Shown one piece after another: positions 1 through 12,787 of a DNA stretch of 64,000 nt. The notes beneath the pieces were generated by a model. It saw nothing but the letters and a program-made list of their open reading frames with translations, made no database searches and had not been told where the DNA came from. Each line of letters starts with the position of its first letter. Position 1 is the first letter of the stretch. The stretch covers positions 3,782,001-3,846,000 of the forward strand of contig NC_047080.1 of assembly GCF_902459465.1 (NCBI RefSeq). Direction: 5' to 3'. A program made the position numbers and the translations under genes. The DNA is from Asterias rubens (Eukaryota).

Positions 1-2199
1 GCTTACAACCGACCCTAGAGCCTCAGTGCAAGACGTTCAAACTATCGCAATCCCCTGTTCCACTTTTCCATCCTCCCTGTGCACTATCAAACGTTAGCAT
101 GCGCTGTTGGAAAACTTCTAGCTCACCCCACACCACCTCCACCCTCTGTCAGTGGAATGTGTTCTCAAGGGCAAGGTCAATATTTTGCGTTTCAGCTACT
201 ACTAGTACTAGCAGTAGACCACTAGTAGTACGTAGTACTACCAATTCCTAAAGGAAGAGTAAAGTTTTAAAAAGAGAAATACAACAAAGTCACGAACTTC
301 CATTCCCATCATTACTCTATCTAAACAAAAAATCAAAAGTGGTGGCCGGATGCCGACAATTTTTCTTTTAATTAACCCCTCCCAATATGTGGTATAAACT
401 CAACAGCAAAGCTTCCAACTTTCTCTTCTCTTCTTGCCGACATGTCTGAGAGTGAGACCCCAACCCACGCCAAGCAAGGGGCCATCAGTCATTTCCCTTT
501 ATACCACAAAAAGCAATGGCATGTGTACACACTACACAGTCATGACAGCACAGACCGGTACAAAAGTTGGCTACGGACAATTGACAATTTTGCCATTTTT
601 CATAAGTAAAAAACGTTCATACTTTCCAGGTGGTGGTCCGAAATCCCCTTCTCCTTCTTCTCCGTCGAAAAACATGTCTGCTTGGTGTCCAACCTCGACT
701 CGAACCTGCAAATTTTCGGGTTGGTTTTGTGACTCAAGCCGTGCAAAGCATTGACCCCTCCTCCTAGCTGCAGAAAATGGCCGTCTGACATTTTTTGGGA
801 ACCGAGTAGTTGATGTCAATAGTTGATAGTGTTTCACTTTTGGCCGGAACTTATTTAAGAAGAAAAAAGTTTTCACTTGTTTTTGCCAAATTTATTTGAT
901 CTCAACTGGTCAACAATCCGATGGTTTGACCACAGACTAAGGGTCTAGCTTTCTCTGTGGCTTTCCTAATTCGACCCCCATGTGATTCACAGGCCTAAAA
1001 ATAAACCATATGAATAAACCAATGCTGAGTTTTAAACAAAAGAAGAAACAATGGTAATATTATTTGACTGAACAGACATTGTGAAAATTTGTCATTTGAA
1101 CCACGATCTTGGTGTAAAAGAATATTTAGAACAATATATGCAAGGCCGAGGCGGACAGATTTCTAATTATAGTAAAATAGTGCCCCCGCCCCTGAAAAAC
1201 GACCTCCCCCCCCCCCCAAAAAAAAAAGTTCCCAGTTCCCGGCCCTATACAAACAAACTGAAAAAGCAGGTCACATGGATGAGTGTTAGAGTGTGTTTTT
1301 TAAGAGATAAATGCTTGTCATTCATAATGATAAATACACCATCGGCGATTTACAGGAAAAGGTAAAAATCCTAGCATGACCCGCCCCCCGCAATAGAATA
1401 ATGTGTTCCATGTGTGACCCCAACTACACGTTACACAACACTCGCAAACGTACACACAAAATCCGTGCATGTGACAGTGGATCATGGTTTATAAGTGCCG
1501 CAGCGCCCTCTATCGCTAGTTTGTACTAATTATTAAAAGTGGGGTACTAATATTATTCTTTTCTTGCCCGGATCATTTTGAGGAGTACCTCCTTGAATTC
1601 AGCCACAGAACGGATAATTTTGTGATGTTCAGCGAAGTTTTGTTCTCTTTTGTCATTATCCCAGAAATGTTATTGTTTTCTTCCTGCAAAATAATAACAT
1701 CAACTACTCTTTTAAAAATCAATACAGTTATTTCATTTTATTTAAAATAACCTAGACATTAAACATCTGAACATAAAATTGCAGAGACACAAAATAATAT
1801 GATTAAAAAATGTATTGTATCGTATAAATGTTGCATAATTTTCCCTAAAAGCATAAAAAGCCTGATTCGTCTCGGGTCAACTTAACCCGGAATACTAATC
1901 AATTGCCAAAAGCGTCGCCGTCGATTTCACAAAACTCTTCCTAACTTACGACTTATCTAAGTACTTAGGACGAGTCCCAACCCTGCACTGTAGCATGCAG
2001 ACCTTAAGATTAGTCCTAAGTAAGGAAGAGTTACTCGTCATAACTTGAGATAAGACGAGTCCTAATTATAGACTTTTGTTCAAATACAAACTTCATAACC
2101 ACAAAATTCAAGTCTCTTCTCAAAACTTATCTTATGTCACAGGTTTTCAATGACTAATTTTGTTGTGTCTGTTTGTCTTTGTGTTGTGTTTTGTTTCTG

Positions 2200-2260
2200 G
2201 TTTTACTGCGCCTTGAACACCCAGCAGGGTGGATATGTGCGCATTACAAGTCTTATTATT
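2200..2260 (+). mobile_element. LINE/SINE 3' tail fragment; inverted copy at about 29528-29600
   Basis: TACTGCGCCTTGAACACCCAGCAGGGTGGATATGTGCGCATTACAAGTC(TTA)n occurs in both places. Confidence 0.65.
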
Positions 2261-2882
2261 ATTATTAACCAGAAGCTGAGGAGAATATGAGTGCCGACAG
2301 TTGAACAACCTCTACCTGGCAAGTAGACCAGCACGCACATGGAGTATTACATGAGCAAACCAGCCCTATGCTTATACATGTATTTTTATCTTTACAAATT
2401 CTGTGTAAAACCTTTTCAGACTCTTTCAATGGCGTTTTGAGAGAAAGTGAACAGATCCTTGAACTCTGTAATATATTTACGAGCAATGTTCTTGGCCACA
2501 ATTGCATAACACTTTCAGCAAAAAACATATTGCTTAGAACACACAAATATTACTTAGCATAACTGGATACCAGCTTACTGCTTATTCTTGCTGAGCAAGA
2601 AAAAAAATCTGATTAAGCTCAGTTTTCTGCTCGATGCCTTTATGAAATAAAAATTAATTCAACATTAATTATACTCATACTGTACAGGCAACTAAATACT
2701 TTTAAAAATCATTTTTTACTGAAATATAATTATCCTCATTTCACCCATATTATCTTATACTTTGTCAACTTTCTTGAAGTCAATAATCTATCAAGTTTTT
2801 TGGATGGCATCTCAATTATAATTCAGTGGTTTGTCTATACCCTATCAGTTCTTTAATCAATATAAATAAAGTATTTAATCGG

Positions 2883-4253
2883 CTATTTAGGCCCAACAGT
2901 TTTTAAAGGAGGCGTTGTTTTTTTTGCCGAATCTGTCGAAACCACTTTTTGTTTGTCTTTTTCAAGGAGAGCTCCAACTGTGTTGTTCCACATGAGTTTA
3001 AAGTGTTCATTAACTTGATTCTCATTGTGTCGTATACCAATACCAATCCCTGTCCTCAACGCAACTTGCTTGTTAACAATGTACTGTTGATAGTATCTGC
3101 TTAATCTGGGTTTAACTTTCACCTTGGCCAGCACAATCCCAATGTACACGTCGTCCAGCTTGAAAAACGGAACATTCGCTGATGTTTTGTAGACACGAGT
3201 TGCTACGTCCGATGAGAAGACGTAGCACCCACCGTTCAGCCACGGAGGGTAACTTGGACGGGAGTATTCCTGTTTTGTGACATACCACTTGGAGCCTATG
3301 TCCCGATGGGGTTTATAACCCGTCCTGAGATTCCCTTCGGCGAAGTTAGCTCTCGGCATTGTCTTGAGACGTTGGACGAGGTTCCGTACATTAATCATCA
3401 TGTCAGCGTCTACGCTTACGACGTAACTGACTCTCGGGCAGTGGGTCATGACCCACCTAAATCCCATCAGAGTCTTATAAGTCAAATTGAAATATCCTTC
3501 GTTGAAATCTTCCTGGATGAAATCGTGTGTCCGTTCATCCTCATTCTGGAGCATGCCCCTGACCGCAGGATCTGCTGACTGACCAACCAAAAACATAGTT
3601 AGAATACGCTGGCCCAGTACCTCGGTGACACCGCCCCATGTCTGACGAATCTGCTCCCTGTCAAATCTCTCCTCCGGCTTGCACTTGACGAGAAAAACCA
3701 AGAAGAGGTTTCCATTTTTGTCGCTGCGGTTTTTACACGCCCCTTCATTAGTTATTGTAAAGTTAAACAGGTGAGGGTTTACAGCTGGTTTTGGATCCGG
3801 TTTAACAGCTACCTGTACCTTTATTGGTTTTGAGGCATGTTCCTTATTTGCTGTGACAGGCTCTACAGCTTTAGTCCGGTTGTTTGCTACCTTTCCGACG
3901 ACGACAGTAACATGGCGAAATGTAGTGCCGATAAAAGGCTTCGTGGTACCCGTTGCATGTGTACTCGTCACAGTCGCCGCACCACTTGACCAGGAAGTGT
4001 TTCCACTGAATGTCACGTTGATATTTCTCTTGAATGTAATAATATCTCCCAACGTAACTCTGTTTATCCTGGGCCCATACCTCATTACACACATCAGATT
4101 CAACCAAAAAACACCGTAAATGATAAGAGCAAAGAATATAGTGCGTAACTTTGTAACTCTTGCCATTATTATTAACAGAGACTTCGGATACTCATAACCG
4201 GCGACCCGTCTGCTGCCTGTACGTAGGCTACTTGGGCATGTCCCCCTTAACAT
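2883..4253 (-). CDS. Intronless GT31-family beta-1,3-galactosyltransferase-like type II membrane protein (456 aa; possible downstream start MARVTK at 4166)
   Basis: Single ATG-started ORF. It has an N-terminal TM segment (IFFALIIYGVFWLNLM), a Thr/Val-rich stem and the Galactosyl_T motifs FLVFLVK..R..R..IR.TWG, FLVG, DFIQEDF.E.Y.NLT.KT.MG..W, DAD (DxD), P.YPP...GG.YVFS and LDDVYIG. The paralog cannot be assigned without a search. Confidence 0.93.
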   Translation of the reverse strand: MLRGTCPSSLRTGSRRVAGYEYPKSLLIIMARVTKLRTIFFALIIYGVFWLNLMCVMRYGPRINRVTLGDIITFKRNINVTFSGNTSWSSGAATVTSTHATGTTKPFIGTTFRHVTVVVGKVANNRTKAVEPVTANKEHASKPIKVQVAVKPDPKPAVNPHLFNFTITNEGACKNRSDKNGNLFLVFLVKCKPEERFDREQIRQTWGGVTEVLGQRILTMFLVGQSADPAVRGMLQNEDERTHDFIQEDFNEGYFNLTYKTLMGFRWVMTHCPRVSYVVSVDADMMINVRNLVQRLKTMPRANFAEGNLRTGYKPHRDIGSKWYVTKQEYSRPSYPPWLNGGCYVFSSDVATRVYKTSANVPFFKLDDVYIGIVLAKVKVKPRLSRYYQQYIVNKQVALRTGIGIGIRHNENQVNEHFKLMWNNTVGALLEKDKQKVVSTDSAKKTTPPLKTVGPK

Positions 4254-4504
4254 TTTAGAACATACAAAACGTGACGTATAAGCTCAAGAAACAGCACAGG
4301 TGTTTTTGTCTGTTTTGCTTTTCTTTTCTAATGCAACGATGGCGATAGGGCCTTGACAAGCCTGTTAACGGAATGGGTGCACAATCTCAAAAGAATTGCG
4401 TATTCGTTTACTGACCCGTAATCTTTAAGACGGTCTCTGACTCTTTGTAATCAAAAATGTATACATGTACATGTAGTCTTAACAAGAGTTAAAAAGGGCT
4501 CTAT

Positions 4505-4855
4505 TTAAAGGCACTGCATGGACACTATTGGTAATTACTCAAAATAATCGTAAGCATAACAACTTGTTTGGTATCGAATAATGGACAGCTCTTGATAGTA
4601 TAAAACCTTGTGACAAACGACTCTCTCTGAAGTAACGTAGTTTTCGAGAAAGAGGTAATTTTCCACTATCTCGAATTTGATTTGAGACCCCAGAAATTGA
4701 TTCGAAATCAAGCATTGATCTTCCATTATTATCTCGCAACTTCGACGACCAACTGAGTTAAAATTTTCACAGGTTTGTTAGTTTTGGCATATGTTGAGAT
4801 ATACCAAGTGAGAAGACTGGTCTATAACAATTAGCAATACTACCCAGTGTCTTGA
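4505..4855. mobile_element. Kolobok-like MITE family A copy (diverged)
   Basis: Same TIR and internal sequence as 10258-10640. Confidence 0.8.
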
Positions 4856-7800
4856 AGTGGGTGAGCGGCTCAATAGTCATTGTCCATTGTCATCGAGTCA
4901 TTTAAACAAAACAAAATACATTGGAGGGGGAACTGCAACTTCCTTGTAACAGGAAAACGGGTAAGCAATTAAAGGAACAAACAGCTGCAAAGTGGTCTAA
5001 TAAAAATGAATATGAACAAAAATGAAACGAGCTCAGTTCATACTTAATTTTTATATCATTACCTGTAATCAATTTCAAATACGCAAATGGACAACAGTTG
5101 GGTATAGGTCAAGCATAAAATGTTTTTGTGCCCGAACCCAGGGAGAGAAAAATTCAATTCTATCACTCAATTTGATCATGGGATCACTAAATTTGATGAA
5201 ACTTTCCCGGATTTGTTGGATAGTGCTTATTGAAAAAACTGAAGGATTGGAATAAATTTACTCTTACAAAATGAAGTGGTGTGATTCCCCCACCTTTAAT
5301 TTAAAACACGCTCAAGGAGAACGTGATTGGTAGAGTTTGAAACTTTGCATGGTGGAAATACGATCTGGAAAGGTTTACGGTAACACCATGTAATGATAAT
5401 CTCTATTGCGTTTGGGGGTGGTTCTGAAAAGAACCGTTGGTTTCAACTCGACGTTTCGATCAGTATGCTCTGATTGTCTTCTGAGACGTAATTGGTTTTT
5501 AAGCGTGATATGCGTGAGCATGTCGACATGTGAAATATGTCATGAAAGAGCGAACAACAAAAAGGAACAATCAGACCAATAAAAGAAGCAGTGATCTCCA
5601 GAGGTTATGTAGTCTTTGCTCAAGACGACAGGACAACTCTATGGTTAAAGAAACATGACAAACAATTAGAGCGACCTCTATTGACAGCAGATTGCCAACA
5701 TGCCCTTTTTAGACGATCTCGGGCATTCGATGACCTCATCGTGAAAGACCAAAACCACACGAGGCAAATGTATAAAATCCCCTGGAAGTTGGAGTTCCTG
5801 TTGTGCCAGGAGGGTAACACTCATACAGAATCTCGGATGCTTCCCGTCACAGAAAAAAAAAAGATGTATCCGGTAATTGCCTTTTGGACAATGACAACAG
5901 TCAACTCAAAAGCCAGAGTCTGTTAATGGTGTGATAGTTTTACTGGCGGGGTGCATAGTTTGTGGTTGTGACTCTGGGTTCACGTAACGGTCTACCGATG
6001 TTACGCTTAGGTCATAGATGTATGTTGGATACCATGGGGTCATCAGCAACTGTGTCCACCATGTGACACATAATGGTACTTTGGAGACCGAACGATTACT
6101 TTAGGTTGTACCTATATACACCGATGTGTGTTAGCACTTTATGAATGGAAAACAATGACAGACATGTTGCTCGGGTGGGATTAGAACCCGAGAATCTGAG
6201 TTTGGATTGAGGCTCCTGCTCTGCATTTGGTTACGTCACAGCGTACAGTTTATTTCGGTTTTACAGTGATTAATGATAAAGGGCCGTGAACATGAAAAAA
6301 AGAAGGTTGTTGTTTAAACCAACTTTGGCGGGGACGTTCAACTGTCAATTTTCCGGATTAGTTCATGTACGGGACAAAAATTACCATGCACTTTCCGGTG
6401 ATTTCTGGTGTCTGACATGTTCCCCACCGGCAAACGTCATGATCAATGTGTGGTGATAAATTCATTTATATATGAAGTACAGAGGCGTGGATGAAGTTAC
6501 CACATCGGCACGCATCAATGGACCCAATTTCTAAGCAGAAATGAACAGGAAACCAGTCACAGGTTATGTACACGTGACATGGTAGCTTAGCTGGTAACCT
6601 TAATCTTCGTTAGCAAACTAATCTTGCGCTTAGCAATTTTTTTTTTTTTTTTTTTTTGCTTAAGGTAGTTCTATGACATTGGGCCCTGCATGGTTTTAGC
6701 TGTCACACTTTCCACCATTTTAACAGATGTTGTTTCCGATGGTACATGCAATGGAGCTTCCAGCAAAAAAGGAAACCTGACACTCAGATACTAGTCACCA
6801 ACCACCTTGGTACTTCAGAGCTCCCACCATTGAGGCCTATCTGGTTTGATTGATAAAATTATTCGTTATAGGATTAGGTGACAGTTGACGTTTTTGATTG
6901 ATACACCATCTTACCCGTTGCTGATGCCGGTGTGGTTTATTCATCAGCAACAATGCGCTGTGTATGGGATTTTAGGCTTTGCATGACGAGGTATCAATAC
7001 ATATTAATTTTGGTTTTCGGTAACACCATGTGTGTATCTACGTGCCAGGTAGAGTTTGCTCTTTAGAGAACTGTTTTCTAAAATATTCTACAACCGCGGA
7101 GTAGATTTTCGGATTTTCGGGAGTAATACGCAGACTGAATTATTCAAACGGCATCCACTGGCGTTGTAGGATTTTTACTACAAATCCTTCAAAAACATGC
7201 AGTTACTCTATCTGTTTTTCTCATCTGATGACCAATGACAGCTCTGATTTTCCAAGGATACGCCTTTCCCCGGATCTTCTCACCTTCTCGACACTGTTTG
7301 ACATCTTAAAGTGACGGTGTCCTTCACAACTCCCATTCAACCTCTTTATTCCTCGACCCCCACATATCCGTCTGCGTGGAAGTTGATTAAGCCTGCCCCA
7401 CGCATAATGTGCATTGGCTTCAATTCAAAATTGTATAAGTAAGAAGCTACTGTAAGTTTCTTTGAATTTTCTTCAAAAAAGGGACCATCTCTGTTTGTCA
7501 GCCGTGAAAGAACAACAAGATCCGTACTTCAGTATTACCATGGAGGTAGAAATTGTATTAGCATGCTAAGTAATAGTCGGGTACCGAAGTGGAATTTGGT
7601 TCAACGAAAGCGCTGCGCGACACATGCACGACAGCTCTCTGTTTGAAAGTGGAAAAAAACACATGCGACAACTTTCAAGGAATTCTGTGGTCCTTTCCGA
7701 GTTCCGAGTCTTGTACGGTGTAACCTCCCTAAAACATATCTGGAATTGATCTTCTATATACTGTGGCGTAACGACGGGTTCTTATTACTCCAAAGCTGCT

Positions 7801-10257
7801 GACGTTTGATGTAAGTTATTCCAGGATTTGTTGGGAGAGCCGTTGTTTGAGTACTTTATCCCGAGGCCGCTTGGGGGAAAATAAGCAGCGAACGCCCCGG
7901 TGTTTTTAACCTCACCGGACCCCGCGGGCCAGCCGTGGTGATTGACACTGACTCTAACTTAACCCGGGCAGCCTGCGGCGGACTTCCCACTCCATGATGA
8001 GGATTTCTGCGTCTGCCTTCCTTTTGTTCACGGACTTTTTACTGTCATTCGTCTTCAGATTTGGACATGGATTTTTCAACCGTGAGTACAGAATGTTCTC
8101 CTTTCAAATGTGGTATAAAGTTAGCTTATAGCTTCTGAGTAATTTGTCCAAAGCTTGATCAAATTCCCCTTTAATGTTCCTGGAAGACGGCGGGGGTTTT
8201 AGTGAACGGGTTCTCCCGCGTCATTATGAGTCTTGGAAATCCATGCTGTGACGATCACATGCATGTATATTAGATTTTTAAATGTGTATGTGATCATGTT
8301 ACCCGGACAATTAAAGTGTTCTTTCCTCCATGCCCGGACCTAGTCGGTGTAGCCTTGGATCTTTTGTAAAGGCGGCATATGCCATGCAGACATTTTTTTG
8401 TTCAATCGTCTCAGACAGAAAAGGTTTCGAGAACTTCAATAGTGTCTCAGCAAAATGCTGCCCTTTCAAATCAATGTTTATCTGAATGCAGATTTTACGT
8501 GTTTAAATTTTGACAACTCAGTTGTCTTTTATTTTAATTAAAGCTGTTATTATTATTATTAAAAAAGCATAATATTTGGGTTGAACAAAAAACAAATCAT
8601 TAGATGCAAAAATATACATATATGCCTGTAGGCCTTTAATATAAAACAATGCGAAAGATTTTATTTGAATTTCACCTTAAGTTCGACCTCTTGAATAACA
8701 AAATTACCCTTAGTTTGACCTGAGACAATTATTAGCAGATTTCCTTGTTTGTTTAAAATGCGCTCAGGGAAGTTGTTACCGGGTTTTCCTTATCCGAAAT
8801 TATATTGAGCATTGCCAAAGAAAACAGTGCGTTTTGTTTGAGGGCGAAAGTCCAACACTGCAGTGCCAGAGACAACACTTCTGTCCATAATAGTCCGTGG
8901 TTCGACAATCAATTAATCCGTAATCACGGATTGACAAACCGTTATTATGAGTCCGTTTGTTATTATTGCCAAATCGGGAAAAATATATTGCCAAATCGGG
9001 CACTCGGTATACTAACGGTTTATAGTTAACGGATAGAATCTTCTTTGTTGCCACTTACGGCTTTTCGTACTTATGAGAAATCCCAAACCTATATAAGCTT
9101 GAAACAAAATGTTGTTATAGGTATACAATGTTTGGTACCCTGCGATCCACGAAGGTCGTCAAAATAAAGAGCCGGCGTAAATCCCACAGCTGGCTGGGGT
9201 CACCGTGAGAGGTCAATCATTTACAGGTGGATTTTCAGTCACGAGTCGCTACCAGGACTCAACTTCTGCAGCTGGTTATATCGCTGAGAATTGCGAAGGT
9301 CTTCAAAACATGCTAAGCAGGGGTTAATACCAGACACGTGGGGACCCCATAAAGCTGCTTAACGAGTTCATTACTTAGTAAGCACTGTAGGCATGCCTGT
9401 ATAGGCCTACCTTGTTTGGCTGGAGACGTTCAAACTGCATAATAACCCCACTTTGTGTCAATGTAAGAGACTCACAATGGTACACCAAAATGACTTTGTA
9501 AACATTGAAAAAAAAACCGAAAAAAAACTTTTTACAGACTGTATACATCTGTCAAGACTGCACTTTCTTAGGCCGTGAACCCCATGGCTGACTTGACTGA
9601 CCTTATTATTTATCAATGGGGTTGATTAATATACATCAGAACATGGAGGTAGAGCAGAACTCCTCCGAAATTGCTCGATCAAAACGGTAAATTCATGGTT
9701 TAGGTGAATAGATCAACTAAGTATTGTCAACGCCAGTTACTGAATGAGCTCACTTATTGGTGCAGTATTATTTATTTATTTATGTGGTGACAAACACGTG
9801 TGCCTATATTTATGGCGTATATCAACTTGACAAACTTTTTTTTCACCGGGTTATATGTCTAGACGCTTTTCCCGTAGAGATTAGCTTTTCTTACAAAATT
9901 CTGAAGGACCGCTGTTTTCAGCTTATTCCAGTTATATTGGGTAAGCCTGCCGTCGATTTCAGCAAACTCTTCTTAACTTATGATTACTCTTAGGAGTTAA
10001 GACAAGTTCAGTTCCGTATCTGAATACGTTAGGACGAATTGATCAAGTTAGGACGAGTTACTCGTCCTAACTCGAGATACGGATCCGAGCGTTTCGTGAA
10101 ATCGGCTGCAGGGCGACTCTAGTGAAATTAACTACTCGACTATAGTCACACCTCAAATATTAGTCGCTACTACGACACTAGTCCAAGGCCAAGCTCCCAA
10201 CGCGAGAGTCGTCACAGTTATAGTTATTCTGATTTAGTGATTGTCTGTAAAAAACTG

Positions 10258-10640
10258 TTAAAGGCAGTGGACACTATTGGTAATTACTCAACAATAATTA
10301 TTAGCATAAAACCTTACTTGGTAACGAGTAATGGGGAGAGGTTGATGGTATAAAACATTATGAGAAACGGCTCCCTCTGAAGTGACATAGTTTTCGAGAA
10401 AGAAGTAATTTTCCGCGAATTTGATTTCGAGACCTCAAGTTTAGAATTTGAGATCTCGAAATGCATCTGAAAGCACACAACTTCGTGTGACAAGGGTGTT
10501 TTTTTCTTTCATAGTTATCTCGCAACTCCGACGACCAATCGAGCTCAAATTTTCACAGGTTTGTTATTTTATGCGTATGTTGAGATACACCAAGTATCAA
10601 TAGTTACCAATAGATTACCAATAGTGTCCAGTGTCTTTAA
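10258..10640. mobile_element. Kolobok-like MITE family A, representative full copy (about 380 bp)
   Basis: TTAA-AGGCAGTGGACACTATTGG ... CCAATAGTGTCCAGTGTCT-TTAA: terminal inverted repeats, TTAA target duplication and no ORF. The superfamily is inferred from TTAA plus AGG termini; piggyBac also uses TTAA but starts CCC. Confidence 0.85.
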
Positions 10641-11485
10641 CGTCTATGTGGGTCGGTTGAAATGAACCATGGAGATAGAATGGTTGAACCTAGCTGATGC
10701 ACAGTGTTTGCCAAGGGCCCTAATTGCGGATTGCGCAAACAAGGGAGGGGTAACTACCCCTGATGGTTCTGTCTGGTTCCCTGTATCCTACCCCACCCCT
10801 ACCCACAATGTATGGTGACAAATCAGGCATATTAAATGTGCGTAGGAGAATTTAGCCGAGTTTCTTGTATTGATCCCAAAGGGTTTACGTGATGCACATG
10901 TATTATGCCAACCGTGAACAAAACCGCCATGCGAAAGCATTATGACCATTCTGATGTAAAAAATAAAGGGAAATATTTGCCTTATTTTTGTTGCAGCTAT
11001 CGAAATAATTAACAGTGATTTGTGGGGTCATCTCAAATGCAGTTTCCTCAACTTCCCAACACTATGAGACAGCAATATTTCTCAGCTAATGCAGATTGGA
11101 GAAAATTGTCGATAATTGCCAAACATTTACTTTGTCTTCAATAGATTCTTTTGAAAATTTAATCAAGAACTGTTTTTAAAGGAAGCGAATCCCTTTCAAT
11201 GACCCCGGTAACATCCGCCGGGTATATCCAACATGCTGGAGAAGTGAATAGCCGTGGTTTGATACAAACGGCTGTTGGATTCACTCATCTTAAGAGATTT
11301 GAACTGTTTCCTGTCTCTGACCAAAATTAAATAAACGGAGCAGGGATTTTTTTTGTTAAGTTGAAGGATAAAAAGAGAAGACAAAAATGTGCAGTAAGAT
11401 GGTCAGACTCGTTCACCGGTTTAGTGGTCAAGCCAATGAAGGCATAGATTATATCCAAAGCTACAGACCCTTGTTCGGTTCAAAC

Positions 11486-11875
11486 TTAAAGACAGTTTAC
11501 ACTATTGGTAACTGTCAAAAATCAGTCTTCTCACTTGGTGAAACTCAACATTATGTATAAAATACCAAACCGTTGAAAATTTGAGCTCGATTGGCCATCA
11601 AAGTTGCGAGATAACTATGAAAGAAAAAGCATCCTTGTCACACAAAGTTGTGTGCTTTCAGATGCTTGATTTCGAGACCTCAAATTCTAAATCTGAGGTC
11701 TCGAAATCAAATTCGTGGCAAATTACTTCTTTCTCGAAAACTACGTTACTTCATCAGGGGGAGCTGTATCTCACAATGTTTTATACTATCAACCTCTCCC
11801 CATTACTCGTTACCAAGTAATGTTTTACGCTAATAATTATTTTGAGTAATTACCAATAGTGTCCACTGCCTTTAA
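11486..11875. mobile_element. Kolobok-like MITE family A copy
   Basis: TTAA flanks, TIRs and the shared internal body. Confidence 0.85.
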
Positions 11876-12286
11876 GTAGGTCATGGGGACGCATTTTTTT
11901 TCTTTCTGGAATTGCCATCCTAAACAATGTTCACGATTTTTTTATTTCAGGATTCCCTCTTTTGAATCAATTTGGAGGAACCAAAATTCCCTATTGAAAA
12001 GCCCTACGACAGTGCTGGTATTCTTATTCTGGTAGGCCTAAGCGTCATTATGTCGTGCTTAGCTGCTGTTTGTGTGTGAGCAGCTCACTTTGAAATTAGA
12101 CCCCAGGTGTGGCCGAGCCCACTAATGACACGGTCTAATTGAGCTGGGCGGTATGCTTGTATCCCTCAGCGATAAATTAATCATGGAAACAGTTTGAAAC
12201 ATCTTTCTGTATTAAATATCATCGGGAAATCAATTTAGAAAGCCTTCTTGATGGAGGCCTATGGGGGTGAAGCCACATCAAACCAG

Positions 12287-12421
12287 GGGTGAATTTCACA
12301 AAGAGTTAGGACTAGTCTTATCTCGAGTTAGGACCAGTTACTCGTCCTAACTTAGGACTATCCAAGCAGTTTGTATATCTCCTAGGACTATAGTCCTAAC
12401 TCTTTGTGAAATCGACCCCTG
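12287..12421. mobile_element. Palindromic MITE with TTAGGAC subrepeats (PIF/Harbinger-like). Related copies at about 1918-2075 and 9950-10110
   Basis: GGGGTGAATTTCACAAAGAGTTAGGACTAG ... GTCCTAACTCTTTGTGAAATCGACCCC inverted ends. Confidence 0.7.
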
Positions 12422-12787
12422 CACAGGTAACTAGATTAGACTCAACTTAAAGGCGCTGGACACTATTTGTAATTGCTCAAAATAATTGTTAGCATACAAA
12501 CTTACTTTGCAACAAGCAGAATCTACTGTCACACTAGTCTTGGCCCAAGACGTCAGTGATCGATAGCTGAGTGCACTACGCTCAGTTGTAAATCGCGTTA
12601 GCGCACTCTCTTGGGCATACAGTATGATTAAACCAACTTGACTGGCTTATTATGACTATTGTCACACCGGCAAGGAATCACCGAACCTTTGTATGAATAT
12701 TATGCATTAACCATTCCACTTTCCCGCTTTTATGTCTTATTTGAGAATTGTTTGATTTAAGTCTTAATTTTCTTGACATTTGCGCAG

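Noticed and set aside
434-876. ORFs 571-876 (-), 600-791 (-) and 434-754 (+), with a possible acceptor near 771
   Set aside because: No recognisable domain and no consistent exon chain. It may be UTR or an exon of a gene outside the window.
5400-5485. Penelope-like terminal fragment (tcgacgtttcgatcagtatgctctga)
   Set aside because: Too short, with no coding support. The resemblance is from memory only.
11581-11833. Recurrent 60-100 aa ORFs such as MSSIGHQSCEIT.../MLDFETS.../MCAFRCLISRPQ...
   Set aside because: These are chance frames of the non-coding Kolobok-like MITE and recur in every copy. There are no transposase motifs.
9120-12080. Candidate 5' exons for the CCP protease (9120-9170, 10670-10820, 11951-12075)
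   Set aside because: None gives a signal peptide with a convincing phase-1 donor. In-frame stops block the hydrophobic stretch near 12000.
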